Shown here in pieces: positions 11,682 through 21,785 of a stretch of 64,000 nucleotides of DNA (positions are counted from its first letter, which is position 1; each line of letters starts with the position of its first letter). Origin of the DNA: Spirochaetota bacterium. GTDB taxonomy: Bacteria; Spirochaetota; UBA4802; UBA5550. The stretch covers positions 8,245-72,244 of the forward strand of contig JAJRXZ010000020.1 of the NCBI GenBank assembly GCA_024276015.1, read 5' to 3'. A program made the position numbers and the translations under genes. The notes beneath the pieces are model-generated. The model was not told the DNA's origin, searched no databases, and was given only the letters and a program-made list of their open reading frames with translations.

Positions 11682-11742
11682 GTTTTTTCCTTAATAATTT
11701 CAATATAATACATAATACGTATAATTAAGAACAGCTCAGTAA

Positions 11743-12252
11743 TTACTGAACTGTTCTTAATTTATCCAGCGTCTCTTGAACGAGAGATTTTTGGTCTTCC
11801 GGGTTTAAGTTTTTGTTTATTATTTTTGAAGCAATTTCAGTTGAAATATTTACAATTTCCGATTTTATTTCAGCCAGAGCTTCTTCTTTAGCAAGCTTAA
11901 TTTCCTGTTTTGCTCTTTCTGCAAGTTCTCTGGAATCATTGTTTGCTTTTTCAATGATCTCATTTCTGATTTTTTCTGCTTCAATTTTACTTTTTGCAAT
12001 AATTTCAGCAGCTTCATCTTTAGCCCTGTCCATCATCTCTTTATGCTGAGCAAGAAGCTTTTCAGCTTCGATCCTCTTCCTGTCTGCGCTTTCAATGTCT
12101 CCGCGGATTCTTTCCGACCTGGCATCCAGAGCATCAACAATAGGCTTCCAGGCCATTTTCCATAGAATGAGCATTAACACCATAAAAGTGATTATAGTCC
12201 ACAGAAACAGTCCCGGATCGACTCTCAGTAGTCCTTCTTTAATGAAATCCAT
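11743..12252 (-). CDS. atpF: F-type ATP synthase subunit b
   Basis: 169 aa. Single N-terminal TM (LFLWTIITFMVLMLILW) followed by a long charged coiled-coil. Confidence 0.8.
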   Translation of the reverse strand: MDFIKEGLLRVDPGLFLWTIITFMVLMLILWKMAWKPIVDALDARSERIRGDIESADRKRIEAEKLLAQHKEMMDRAKDEAAEIIAKSKIEAEKIRNEIIEKANNDSRELAERAKQEIKLAKEEALAEIKSEIVNISTEIASKIINKNLNPEDQKSLVQETLDKLRTVQ

Positions 12253-12300
12253 ATTGCTACCTATTAATTTTGATCAACCTCTTCACGAGCCCGGTTTATA

Positions 12301-12588
12301 CTATTTGCCTTCAACAGACTGTGTTGTCTTTTCAACCTGTTGCGGTGCCGGTTTTTCCACCGGTTTATGAGTGGCAAGCATAAAAGTAACAACAAGTGCA
12401 AAAAATGTAAAACCTTCAATAAGAGCTGCAGCAATGATCATTGCAGTTCTTAAATCTCCGCTAACTTCGGGTTGTCGGGCCATACCTTCAAGTGAGGCGG
12501 CTGCTAATTTGCCAATCCCCATAGAAGCGCCAAAAACGATTAACCCGGCTCCTAATCCGGCTGCTACATACGCTAATCCTAGTTCCAT
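12301..12588 (-). CDS. atpE: F-type ATP synthase subunit c, with a ~25-aa C-terminal extension
   Basis: 95 aa. Helix 1 is GLGAGLIVFGASMGIG, loop ARQPE, helix 2 AALIEGFTFFALVVTFML with the conserved carboxylate E. A non-canonical tail HKPVEKPAPQQVEKTTQSVEGK follows. Confidence 0.85.
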   Translation of the reverse strand: MELGLAYVAAGLGAGLIVFGASMGIGKLAAASLEGMARQPEVSGDLRTAMIIAAALIEGFTFFALVVTFMLATHKPVEKPAPQQVEKTTQSVEGK

Positions 12589-12699
12589 TTATCAAATCCT
12601 CCTAAAAGATTTTTAAACTTATAGTATATAATAGTCTTAATATTATATTTAAAGAACAATTTCAAACATATTTTGTCCGGCCGAAACCATAAAACTCTC

Positions 12700-13578
12700 T
12701 TAATGAGCATGCATCGATGAACCGATATACATTGCAGACAGAGATGCAAAGATATATGCTTGTATAAATGCAACAAGTAATTCAAGTAAATAGATCATTA
12801 GGGACCCTGTGATCGAACCGAGGCCTACAAAGTAACTCTGAAACATAATCGAAAGATAAAGGAAAATAATAATTACAATATGACCTGCTGTCATGTTGGC
12901 AAAGAGTCGTATAGTAAGCGCAAAGGGTTTGATGAAAATTCCCAGTAATTCAATGACCCAGAGTAACGGAAAGAGAAATAAGGGTACGCCGTGAGGTACG
13001 ATCCCCTTAATGATCCAGAAGGGACCCTGTCTTACCGTACCGACAGCAATTACGCATATTAATGTTATTACTGCAAGGCCGGCCGTTACTGCAAGATTTC
13101 CTGTTGAAGTCGCCATTCCGGGAATCAAACCGATAAAATTGGCAAAAAGAATGAAAAAGAAAAGATTCAGAAAATAGGGCATTGCCTTTTTGATATATTT
13201 ATGGTCAAAATTAGGTTCAACTATTTCGTCATGGACAAAACCGATGAGGGATTCCCAGAAATTTACCCATTTCGATTTGGATCCCATAATATCCTTTTTG
13301 ATTCTTTTTGCAAGAGGCACAAAAATTATTACGGCTAAGAACAGCGCTACCCAGAGCATTATTACCCATTTTGTAATTCTCATGTCAAAGATGCCGAATA
13401 GCTTTTTGTTCAGATAGGTATTATTGATCTCCCCTATAAGATCTCCAATTCCGAAGAAACCTTCTGTAATGGGATGATCCGTGATGTGATGCATTACTAT
13501 ATCATAGATCGATTCTTCTTCGCCGCCTTTACCGCCGGAACTTACATAGGAATTAACAAACTGTAAAAAACGCAGCAT
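12700..13578 (-). CDS. atpB: F-type ATP synthase subunit a
   Basis: 292 aa polytopic membrane protein carrying the essential-Arg motif RLFANMTAGH. Confidence 0.9.
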   Translation of the reverse strand: MLRFLQFVNSYVSSGGKGGEEESIYDIVMHHITDHPITEGFFGIGDLIGEINNTYLNKKLFGIFDMRITKWVIMLWVALFLAVIIFVPLAKRIKKDIMGSKSKWVNFWESLIGFVHDEIVEPNFDHKYIKKAMPYFLNLFFFILFANFIGLIPGMATSTGNLAVTAGLAVITLICVIAVGTVRQGPFWIIKGIVPHGVPLFLFPLLWVIELLGIFIKPFALTIRLFANMTAGHIVIIIFLYLSIMFQSYFVGLGSITGSLMIYLLELLVAFIQAYIFASLSAMYIGSSMHAH

Positions 13579-13948
13579 TGTAACCTCTTACATGAAAGAA
13601 TATAAACATTCTGGTTTAAAATTTAATTTTTATTATCTATTATTACAATTTAAAGATTGATTTGTGATATTATATTCAACAATTTTTTATTTTATTCCAC
13701 AATTTTTGCGAATGACAAAAATTTTTTCCCTAAATAATGAATATTTCGGATTACAATTTTTTTTCTTTTTATTTCAATATATTTAATATTGAGTATATTA
13801 TATTAAAATTTAATTACATATTTTATTTGCTTTATAGAGTTTTACAAAGTCTTATACTGATTCCAAATGAAACATGAAGTTGTCAAGTTTTTTTCCAATA
13901 ATAACTTGAATTTGGGAGTTATTTTACGGTTACAGAAAAAAAATCCTG

Positions 13949-14203
13949 TTACATCCACCTGTTTTTTTTCTTTTCATCATCTTGAAGGTTATTATTAACA
14001 TCTTTTCCTTCTAAAAGGTCTTTTATGAGAAGATAAAATCCGATTATCATTCCCAAAAATGTTCCGGCAATAAGAAAAAGAGGCGATCTATTATAGTGTT
14101 CATCCAGCTTTTGTCCGCCCAGAACGAAAAGAAGTATTGTAACTGCAAGCTGAATACCTGCCGTGGCGTAACTATATGGGCCTTTTTGAAAATTCTTATT
14201 CAT
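13949..14203 (-). CDS. AtpZ/AtpI-like small membrane protein (ATP synthase-associated)
   Basis: 84 aa with two predicted TM helices. It lies upstream of atpB, separated from it by a 370-bp AT-rich leader. Size and topology fit the AtpZ/AtpI family. Confidence 0.55.
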   Translation of the reverse strand: MNKNFQKGPYSYATAGIQLAVTILLFVLGGQKLDEHYNRSPLFLIAGTFLGMIIGFYLLIKDLLEGKDVNNNLQDDEKKKNRWM

Positions 14204-14350
14204 AGCTCTTTATATAGAAAGCTCTACATAATGTGCAGTGTCAATGAAATAAGTAAATAATTATAAAAAATTCAAATAAGTTAAATCAAATGACGATATT
14301 ATTAATGCTGCGATTTGAAAGCGAATAATAACTATATAAGGAAATATTTT

Positions 14351-14605
14351 ATGAAAATTACCGTGAATTTGATCAAAGTTGACAATGAATTTATTGCCAA
14401 TTGTCCCGAGCTGGATATAAATTGTTACGGTTCCGATAAAGATGAAGCTATAAGAAGAATTCAAAGTGTCATATACTTCTATATTGACTCTGCCAAAGAA
14501 CTGGGGCTGGACGTTGAAAATTTGCAGGAAATAATTATTGACGGCGAGACAGACCAGACATATCACCATAATACCAGTCTGCTAAGCTCTGATTCGATCA
14601 ATTGA
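14351..14605 (+). CDS. HicB-like (UPF0150) antitoxin-family protein with no HicA partner
   Basis: MKITVNLIKVDNEFIANCPELDINCYGSDKDEAIRRIQSVIYFYIDSAKELG follows the HicB N-terminal pattern (MKYTAVIEKEDDGGYVAYVPELPGC..G.T.EEAL.N..EAI). An AAGGAAA ribosome-binding site lies 7 nt upstream of this ATG. The track ORF begins at 14315, but the second ATG is the likelier start. Confidence 0.55.
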   Translation: MKITVNLIKVDNEFIANCPELDINCYGSDKDEAIRRIQSVIYFYIDSAKELGLDVENLQEIIIDGETDQTYHHNTSLLSSDSIN

Positions 14606-14625
14606 ATTGTGTTGCTATTATAATT

Positions 14626-14660
14626 GCAAAAAAGCGATGAGAAGATCATCGCTTTTTTGT
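14626..14660. terminator. Bidirectional intrinsic terminator
   Basis: aaaaa-AAGCGATGA-gaaga-TCATCGCTT-tttttg: a 9-bp stem flanked by an A-run and a T-run, between the convergent hicB-like gene and the SurA/PrsA-like gene. Confidence 0.75.
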
Positions 14661-14673
14661 TTGATGTGCAAAG

Positions 14674-16062
14674 TTATTCGCCCGAAAGCATATTTTCATT
14701 AATTTTAAAGTCGTTTTTCTTTAAGAGTTCTTTTTCCCAGGTCTGTCTTTTTTTAGATCGTTTTCTGTTAAAGAGCATATAACGGATCCTGTCTTTAACA
14801 TCTTTGAAGGGTAATACCTTTTTTTCGGTTTTATTGCCTTTTTTGATCCTTCTTGTATAGGCTCTTTTTTTGTTCCTGTCATATTCGGCTTTGACTTCAT
14901 TGTCAGTGACTTTAATATCCGACATAATAACATCGTTTTTATAGGCATTTGCCAGAGAATATTCTCCGGCAAATTTCCAGTCCCTTAAAAATTCAGGATC
15001 TTTATGGATTCCTCTTTTGTATGCTTCTTTTAAAAGCAATTTTTGCCTGAAAATTCTGGAGGCAAGTTGTTTTTTCCTTCTTTCCGTTAAATCGTTCTGT
15101 CTCCTGTTCAATCCGGGTCTCATCCTGTAGGAGATGTCTATTATTCTGTCAAAATCCGAAACTTTAAATTCATTACTGCCAATTTTAAAAAGAACTTCAT
15201 CGGGGTCGTTGAAATTTGCATTTCCGATCATACTCTTGACATCATTGGATTTTAACAGTTTATTCTCAAGGGCTCTTGCTGCATTTGTCTTTAATCTTCT
15301 TTTGAGCATTGCGGACTTTCTCTTATCCGATATTACGGAGTCGATATTTTTATCTGTGATTTTGGTTTTATCTTCAGTGAGGATAATATATATTGAATTT
15401 CTGATCCGCAGGGGAGTTTTAGTATATTCTCCCGCCTTCAGTGAAAAGGCTTTATTTACCAGTTCAGGTTCTCTCATGCCGCGAATAATGTAGCCTATGC
15501 TTCCGCCTCTGTTTTTTGAAGGGTCTTCCGAGTATTCTTTTGCAAGGTTTGCAAATTGAGCGTTATTATTCAATTTGTCAATTACGGATTTTGCAATATC
15601 CATTTTCTTTTTGAGCTGAGATTCTATTTCGTCTTTTGTAAGATTGACTCTTTTGTTTTTAACAATTTTATAGTTTTTTATGTTAAACTTTATTATCTTT
15701 ACTTTTACTGCCTTTTCGCTGAAACTTAAGCTGGTTCTGACTTTTTTGATAAAAAAACCTGTTAGAAAGTTGTCTTTTATTAGACTTAGAAGTTCTTTTG
15801 TATTTTCTTTTTTGTCATATCCGGCTTTAATTGCTTCCATATATGTCAGTTTGTCTATGGCGATCTGTTTGAGTTTTATCTTCTGGTTCGATTTTTTCTT
15901 CAGAATAGACTCTTTGGAAAGTTTTCTGAAATCAAGCCAGGCATTGAAATCTCCTCTTGTTATCTGTCCGCCTTTGAATGATGCCAGTATGTCCTTGTCA
16001 CTTTTACATGAATTAACAGATAAAAGGATCAGAGTAATGAGAATGATGGAATTTTTATTCAT
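14674..16062 (-). CDS. SurA/PrsA-family peptidyl-prolyl cis-trans isomerase (parvulin), lipoprotein
   Basis: 462 aa. Signal peptide ending ...LLSVNSC. Parvulin PPIase core AQFANLAKEYSEDPSKNRGGSIGYI...ELVNKAFSLKAGEY. Long SurA-like chaperone regions. Confidence 0.75.
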   Translation of the reverse strand: MNKNSIILITLILLSVNSCKSDKDILASFKGGQITRGDFNAWLDFRKLSKESILKKKSNQKIKLKQIAIDKLTYMEAIKAGYDKKENTKELLSLIKDNFLTGFFIKKVRTSLSFSEKAVKVKIIKFNIKNYKIVKNKRVNLTKDEIESQLKKKMDIAKSVIDKLNNNAQFANLAKEYSEDPSKNRGGSIGYIIRGMREPELVNKAFSLKAGEYTKTPLRIRNSIYIILTEDKTKITDKNIDSVISDKRKSAMLKRRLKTNAARALENKLLKSNDVKSMIGNANFNDPDEVLFKIGSNEFKVSDFDRIIDISYRMRPGLNRRQNDLTERRKKQLASRIFRQKLLLKEAYKRGIHKDPEFLRDWKFAGEYSLANAYKNDVIMSDIKVTDNEVKAEYDRNKKRAYTRRIKKGNKTEKKVLPFKDVKDRIRYMLFNRKRSKKRQTWEKELLKKNDFKINENMLSGE

Positions 16063-16300
16063 TTAATTGCTCCTCAGATAGTACAAATTATTATTTTCCG
16101 GTATTGAATATTATTAATATATTTTCAGACATCAAATTATGTCAAATTTATTTTTAGGGTCATTTCGGATTTGCGGGAAATATGGGCATAAATATTATTT
16201 TGTTAAGTCCCTTAACTTATTCTTGAACACTCCTAAATTCCCCATAGGGGACTTTAATTTTATGTAACAGTGCAAAGAAAATCTCGCTTTATGATCTATG

Positions 16301-17383
16301 TTAAATCTGAATTTTTGCTCCCAGCTGCAAATTAATATCCTTCTTATTTCTCAGGTTAACCATCGATTCGGCAGTTATGTGGATCAAAAAGAGGCTAATG
16401 TCGAAACCGATAATATATAAAGGGACATATATTTTCGGGCTGTAGCTGTTAGATGACGCAAGCGTCATTGTGCCGAGGGTATCAGTACCTGCTGCTGCAA
16501 TGTAAGTTGAGCTTGTTGTTGTAACGGTTCCCGTGCCTTCAACATCAAGGCTGAAATGGCCAAAGTTAAATGATATGCCAAGCCCTGTGTACATACTGAA
16601 TATCCAGAGAAAATCAAAATAAGCAATGATCTGACTGTTGGCAGAGAGAATATACCATTTTATATCGGCAGTATAATCCGATGTCAAGTCAAGCGACACG
16701 TCTTCTGTTGTTGATACGGGAGAGGGGATGTCAACCTGGATGTTCCCGAGAGGATATTCCAGCTGTCCTCCCACCTGCAGAAGGCCTTTCAGCATATCTG
16801 CGCCTATGCTGAAAGTTACGCCTCCAAGCTCCAGAAGTCCCGGCAATATGGTATGATCCTGTATCAGATTATATCTTATTTTCCCGCCCACAGAATAAAG
16901 GTTTAATTTATTTAACTGAAGATAGGTTTTGCTGTATGGAGGATTATACATACCGGAACTGAATACCAGAGTTTTGAACATTATATCGAGTCCTTTTCCC
17001 AAGCCAAGGCCGAAATATGCAGCAGGGTTAACTCCTCCGGCAGGATACTTTCTTTCTTCTTTTTTTTCGCTGTCAAAGTATTCCATATTTGTCAGACCCG
17101 CTGTAAGTGAAGCGCCGATGAAAAAGTGGGGGAAACCGCCGAGGTATGCCTTTCCCATGGGGTATCCTGCAAAATTTGACAGGGCAAATCCATTGGCAAT
17201 ACCGGGGCCGAAATAATCCACGCTTTCCTGGATCAATGTTCCGATCTCCGAGATACCGGCTGCAGCAATATCCGGAGCATTACTGGTATCAATGGTAGTT
17301 TCAGAATAAACTCCTGAACAGATTAAAAATAAAAGAAGGATCATGAATATTACAATGCGGGTCTTTTTCATAGGATCTCCCAT
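16301..17383 (-). CDS. Secreted or outer-membrane protein, hypothetical
   Basis: 360 aa. N-terminal signal peptide (MKKTRIVIFMILLLFLICSGVYS), Gly/Tyr-rich, with alternating hydrophobic segments consistent with beta strands. The family is unknown. Confidence 0.5.
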   Translation of the reverse strand: MGDPMKKTRIVIFMILLLFLICSGVYSETTIDTSNAPDIAAAGISEIGTLIQESVDYFGPGIANGFALSNFAGYPMGKAYLGGFPHFFIGASLTAGLTNMEYFDSEKKEERKYPAGGVNPAAYFGLGLGKGLDIMFKTLVFSSGMYNPPYSKTYLQLNKLNLYSVGGKIRYNLIQDHTILPGLLELGGVTFSIGADMLKGLLQVGGQLEYPLGNIQVDIPSPVSTTEDVSLDLTSDYTADIKWYILSANSQIIAYFDFLWIFSMYTGLGISFNFGHFSLDVEGTGTVTTTSSTYIAAAGTDTLGTMTLASSNSYSPKIYVPLYIIGFDISLFLIHITAESMVNLRNKKDINLQLGAKIQI

Positions 17384-17505
17384 ATTATAACTGTCACCAA
17401 CGATATACGATACATAATAAATTAATTTAACCTAAATATGATCCGATGTCAATTCAAATTGTATGCTTTAATATATACTCTCTGCGGTTGAAACGATATA
17501 TTCGG

Positions 17506-18264
17506 TTATATTGTAAGTATTAATGGTCCTTCCTTTGTTACTGCAACCGTATGTTCGAACTGGGCTGAAAGTTTGCCGTCGGCTGTATATATTATGCCGC
17601 TTTTCCTGTTTCTTATAACTTCGGAGCTTCCTTCATTAATGATGGGTTCAATTGCTATAACGAGCCCTTCCTTTAATAGTATTCCGGTACCTTTTCTCCC
17701 GAAATGAGGAACAGAAGGGGCTTCATGGAGTGCAAATCCCGTGCCGTGGCCGGCATATTTTTTTACTATGCTGCAGCCTTTTTTCTCTGTATATTTTTGT
17801 ATTTCACTTCCCATATCTCCCAGTCTTGCGCCTGCATACATTTTTTTAATTCCCATCATAAGAGATTCCCCGGATATTTCAATAAGCTTTTGTGCTTTCT
17901 CGGATATTGTGCCCGCCGGTAATGTTACACAGGAGTCGCAGAAAAAGCCGTTAAGGACAATACCGGCATCAATTTTCACAATATCACCGTTATGTATTAT
18001 TCTTTTTTCAGAGGGGACGCCATGGGCAGCTTCATTATTAATGGAGATACATGAAGCGTAATTATAATGAGGCAGGGTTTTGAATGCGGCTCTTCCTTTT
18101 CTTCTCGTAATAAATTCGTCAATATAGGTATCAAGCTCCCATGTTGATAAACCTTTCAGGTCTGCATTTGACAGAGACCTGAACATATCGGAAAGAATGA
18201 TGCCCGCTTCTCTGATCCTTTTAATATCGTCGGGCGATTTCAGCCTGATCTCTCCTTCTGACAT
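17506..18264 (-). CDS. map: Methionine aminopeptidase type I
   Basis: 252 aa. Metal-ligand context HGVPSEKRIIHNGDIVKIDAG...CDSCVT...HGTGFALHE...IAIEPII. Confidence 0.9.
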   Translation of the reverse strand: MSEGEIRLKSPDDIKRIREAGIILSDMFRSLSNADLKGLSTWELDTYIDEFITRRKGRAAFKTLPHYNYASCISINNEAAHGVPSEKRIIHNGDIVKIDAGIVLNGFFCDSCVTLPAGTISEKAQKLIEISGESLMMGIKKMYAGARLGDMGSEIQKYTEKKGCSIVKKYAGHGTGFALHEAPSVPHFGRKGTGILLKEGLVIAIEPIINEGSSEVIRNRKSGIIYTADGKLSAQFEHTVAVTKEGPLILTI

Positions 18265-18283
18265 AGGAGATCAATACTGCCGG

Positions 18284-19363
18284 TTACGCTTCAAGAGCTT
18301 TTTTTTCTTTATCGGAATCACTGTTTTTTGCTGCCGCCTCTTTTGCTTTTTCTTCGGCTTCAAGCCCCGCAGCTTTTAATATTTTCTTTTCAATTTCATC
18401 TGTAATTCGGGGATTCTCTCTGAAGAATTTTTTTGAATTTTCTCTTCCCTGTCCTATCCTCTCTTGTCCGTATGAATACCATGTTCCTGTCTTCTTTACT
18501 ATTCCGAATTTTACGCCAAGATCAAGAATTCCTCCTTCACGGGAAATCCCGGAGTTAAATATTATATCAAATTCTGCCTGTTTAAAGGGCGGCGCTACTT
18601 TGTTTTTTACCACTTTTACTCTTACTCTGTTTCCTATTGCCTCGTCGCCCGACTTCAGGGTCTCTATTCGCCTTATATCCAGCCTTACAGATGAATAGAA
18701 TTTCAGGGCATTGCCGCCTGTTGTTGTTTCAGGAGACCCGAACATAACTCCGATCTTATATCTGATCTGATTAATGAATATTACGCTTGTTTTGGATTTG
18801 GATATGATACCTGCAAGTTTTCTCATTGCCTGGCTCATAAGTCTTGCCTGAAGTCCCATGTGGGCGTCGCCCATGTCTCCGTCAATTTCCGCTTTCGGCA
18901 CAAGAGCGGCAACGGAATCGACAACTATTACATCAACAGCACCAGATCTTACAAGAGCTTCTGTTATCTCAAGAGCTTCTTCGCCTGTATCAGGCTGTGA
19001 TACAAGTAATTCGTCTGTATTTACGCCCAGTTTGGAAGCATACTGAGGATCAAGAGCATGCTCTGCATCGATGAAAGCTGCAACGCCTCCTTTTTTTTGA
19101 GCTTCTGCAACAACATGCAGAGTCAGAGTGGTCTTCCCCGAGGATTCGGGCCCGTATATTTCAATTATTCTTCCTCTGGGAACTCCTCCGATCCCAAGTG
19201 CCAGGTCCAATTCGAGCGAACCGGTTGGTATGGAAGGAATTCTGTTCCTGGGATTATCATCTCCAAGCCTCATAATAGAGCCTTTACCAAATTGTTTTTC
19301 AATCTGATTAATGGCCGATTCCAAAACCTGGTCTCTTTTAGTTGTGTCCTGTTTGCCAGTCAT
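18284..19363 (-). CDS. recA: Recombinase RecA
   Basis: 359 aa. [13 protein letters not shown] (Walker A), [15 protein letters not shown]. Canonical RecA. Confidence 0.95.
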   Translation of the reverse strand: MTGKQDTTKRDQVLESAINQIEKQFGKGSIMRLGDDNPRNRIPSIPTGSLELDLALGIGGVPRGRIIEIYGPESSGKTTLTLHVVAEAQKKGGVAAFIDAEHALDPQYASKLGVNTDELLVSQPDTGEEALEITEALVRSGAVDVIVVDSVAALVPKAEIDGDMGDAHMGLQARLMSQAMRKLAGIISKSKTSVIFINQIRYKIGVMFGSPETTTGGNALKFYSSVRLDIRRIETLKSGDEAIGNRVRVKVVKNKVAPPFKQAEFDIIFNSGISREGGILDLGVKFGIVKKTGTWYSYGQERIGQGRENSKKFFRENPRITDEIEKKILKAAGLEAEEKAKEAAAKNSDSDKEKKALEA

Positions 19364-19669
19364 ATTTTGCCTCTGTAAAGTATTATTATTTTTTTAATTA
19401 TTTATAGAAGATTATACATTGATGCAGAATCTCTATATTATGTTATATATATTATATACGAATCAACTCCTGAAATAGTAAATTTTATGTCTCTTAATTT
19501 TGTAAAGTAATAAATTAATCGAATAAAAAGTCAACTAAAATTACTAAAAATATGTTAAGTATGTGATTTTTTTATCCTTGTCATCAAATATCGGTTAATT
19601 TATTTTGTTTCGATTATAAGTTCGTTTATATAAATGATTCTGATATTTTAATACGCTTTTAAAGGATTT

Positions 19670-21640
19670 ATGGGTCTCAGAGGTTTTATTCCGGTTTATA
19701 CGATCGCATTTTTAACTGTATCATTGATCCAGAAGATCTATCTTTATTATTTTAATTCAATTGAAAGAGTTCTTGAATTAAGTTACTTCTTAACATTTCC
19801 CCTTATGTTTTTTGAAGATATTATAGCGGCAACTGTAATTTTTCTTTTCATTGATTACGGTTTATACTGTTTAAATAGAAAAAAAGGAATTTTTATCAAT
19901 GGTTTTTTAAAGACTATTTTGAATGCAATCTTTTTTTTGATCATTCTGTATTCCTTTTTAATGCTGAAATTTTATTCACTCTTCGGATCTTATTTAACAT
20001 ACGGTTTATTAATTCAGGCGCATAAGATCGGCAATTATAGGATGGGAATTATGCAGGAGATGGACAGAAGCGTACTATATCTTATTGTTTTGTCAGTACT
20101 ATTTTATTTCTCTGCGTATATATTGTACCGGTTGGCAGGCGATAGAAGAAGAAAAATCGGTTCTGAAATATATACCGGAGATATAAAGGAGGGTATAAAA
20201 CAAAAAGGAACAATGATCCCTTTAATAAAGGCATGTAAAAAATGTATTAGTGTCTTTGTCATAATTGTATTCTATCTTTTTCTTTCGCAGGAAGCTGTAG
20301 AGATATTTCATAAGGATAAGAATCTTTTCTCAATAGACCGAAATCCTCTTGTGGAGATCATTGCTTCGTTTTATGAAAATGAAGCCTATGCAGGGGAGAC
20401 GGTTGAAAAAGACGAAGGTAAAACAGGGGGAAAGAATACCGGTTCGCGGTCCCACAGTATTGTTAAAGAGAATTCAATTGTAAGGGGAATTGCTTTAAAA
20501 AATACCGATAAGGATCTGTTAAAAAATATGAATGTTGTTTTTTATCTGTTTGAATCCACATCGGGAAATTATACGGGAGTTCTTAATGATCAATTTAAAC
20601 CCTTTACTCCGAATATTATGAGGATTGCTTCCGCATCGCTTTTTTTCGGGGATCACTACTGTCAGGAACCGGCATCTTTAAAATCGCTCTATTCGGTTCT
20701 TTCGGGAAGGTATTCCTATAAAACAAGAAACTGGAGACGGTTTATTAGAAAAACGAAGAACGACATAACAATTGCGGAAATTCTTAAAAAAGAAGGCTAT
20801 GACACAATTTTTATTACTACGCAGGATGGAAGGATCTATTATCAAAACAGGCTCCTTGAGAAACGCTTTAATAAAATAATAGATAAAAATGAAATAAAGC
20901 GGAGAGGGTTAAAATATAAGGATTTTTCCATAAGTATTGACGACAGGGTTTTAATAGATCTCTTTGATGAATACTTATCCGATCAGAAAGAAAAATTTTT
21001 TGCATTCATATCAACCGGTTTTCCGCATCACCCTTACCTGATCCCTTCAAAGGAATTTAAAATTACCGGCGGGAGAAGATCCTTTGACCGCTATAAAAAT
21101 TCTCTGTATTTTTCAGACTATGTTCTGGGCAGGGTTTACGATCTTCTTGAGAAACATAATTTGAAAGAGAATACGATTTTTGTAATATTTTCCGACCATG
21201 GAGAAGCCTTTTATCAGCATCGCGGCAACTTTATTCATTCCATTTATCTTTACGAAGAAAATGTTAAGACATTTTGTATAATAAGCAATCCTGTCCTTTT
21301 TGATCGGAGGTTGTTCAGGCATGTAACTGCCCATATAGATATAGTGCCTACTGTTCTGGACATTTTGTCATTAAAACCGGATCTCTATAATTTTGACGGA
21401 ATAAGCCTGCTAAAACCTCACAGGGAAAGAGCTGCATTATTTTATACAAGCTGGTCTGACCTTAATCTCGGGTTAAGAGACGGAAAATGGAAGTATATTC
21501 TTAACACGCGTTATAATTCTCAGGAGCTTTACGATCTTTCGACGGACCCCTCTGAGAAAAATAATATATCATCCCAATATCCGGAGCTGTCTGAAAAATT
21601 TAAAGAAAAATTGCTGAAGCTTGAAAAATATATTCGATAG
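19670..21640 (+). CDS. LtaS-like sulfatase-superfamily membrane protein (phosphoglycerol/phosphoethanolamine-transferase-like)
   Basis: 656 aa. About five N-terminal TM helices, then an alkaline-phosphatase/sulfatase-type domain (...FFAFISTGFPHHPY...NTIFVIFSDHGEAF). Confidence 0.6.
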   Translation: MGLRGFIPVYTIAFLTVSLIQKIYLYYFNSIERVLELSYFLTFPLMFFEDIIAATVIFLFIDYGLYCLNRKKGIFINGFLKTILNAIFFLIILYSFLMLKFYSLFGSYLTYGLLIQAHKIGNYRMGIMQEMDRSVLYLIVLSVLFYFSAYILYRLAGDRRRKIGSEIYTGDIKEGIKQKGTMIPLIKACKKCISVFVIIVFYLFLSQEAVEIFHKDKNLFSIDRNPLVEIIASFYENEAYAGETVEKDEGKTGGKNTGSRSHSIVKENSIVRGIALKNTDKDLLKNMNVVFYLFESTSGNYTGVLNDQFKPFTPNIMRIASASLFFGDHYCQEPASLKSLYSVLSGRYSYKTRNWRRFIRKTKNDITIAEILKKEGYDTIFITTQDGRIYYQNRLLEKRFNKIIDKNEIKRRGLKYKDFSISIDDRVLIDLFDEYLSDQKEKFFAFISTGFPHHPYLIPSKEFKITGGRRSFDRYKNSLYFSDYVLGRVYDLLEKHNLKENTIFVIFSDHGEAFYQHRGNFIHSIYLYEENVKTFCIISNPVLFDRRLFRHVTAHIDIVPTVLDILSLKPDLYNFDGISLLKPHRERAALFYTSWSDLNLGLRDGKWKYILNTRYNSQELYDLSTDPSEKNNISSQYPELSEKFKEKLLKLEKYIR

Positions 21641-21785
21641 AGAATATTTTTTCTTGACATGATTGTAAATTTAACTATTGTTTATACCGGTTTGAATATA
21701 AACATACCATTTAATACCGATAATAATTTTAAATAGTTTTTTAACTGGTTAGTCAACCGAATAAATTGCCGGAGTTTTTCTATAT

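Noticed and set aside
14204-14700. Search for a HicA toxin partner of the HicB-like gene
   Set aside because: No ORF of 50-80 aa with a HicA-like KxxExxG/dsRBD pattern lies on either side. The overlapping minus-strand ORF 14261-14569 is antisense and has a hydrophobic, non-HicA composition.
16200-16260. Imperfect inverted repeat aagtccc ... ccccatagggg actt in the PPIase/OMP intergenic region
   Set aside because: It has only a 4-bp GC stem with a 3-nt loop plus a distant 7-bp match. That is too weak and irregular to call a terminator or an operator.
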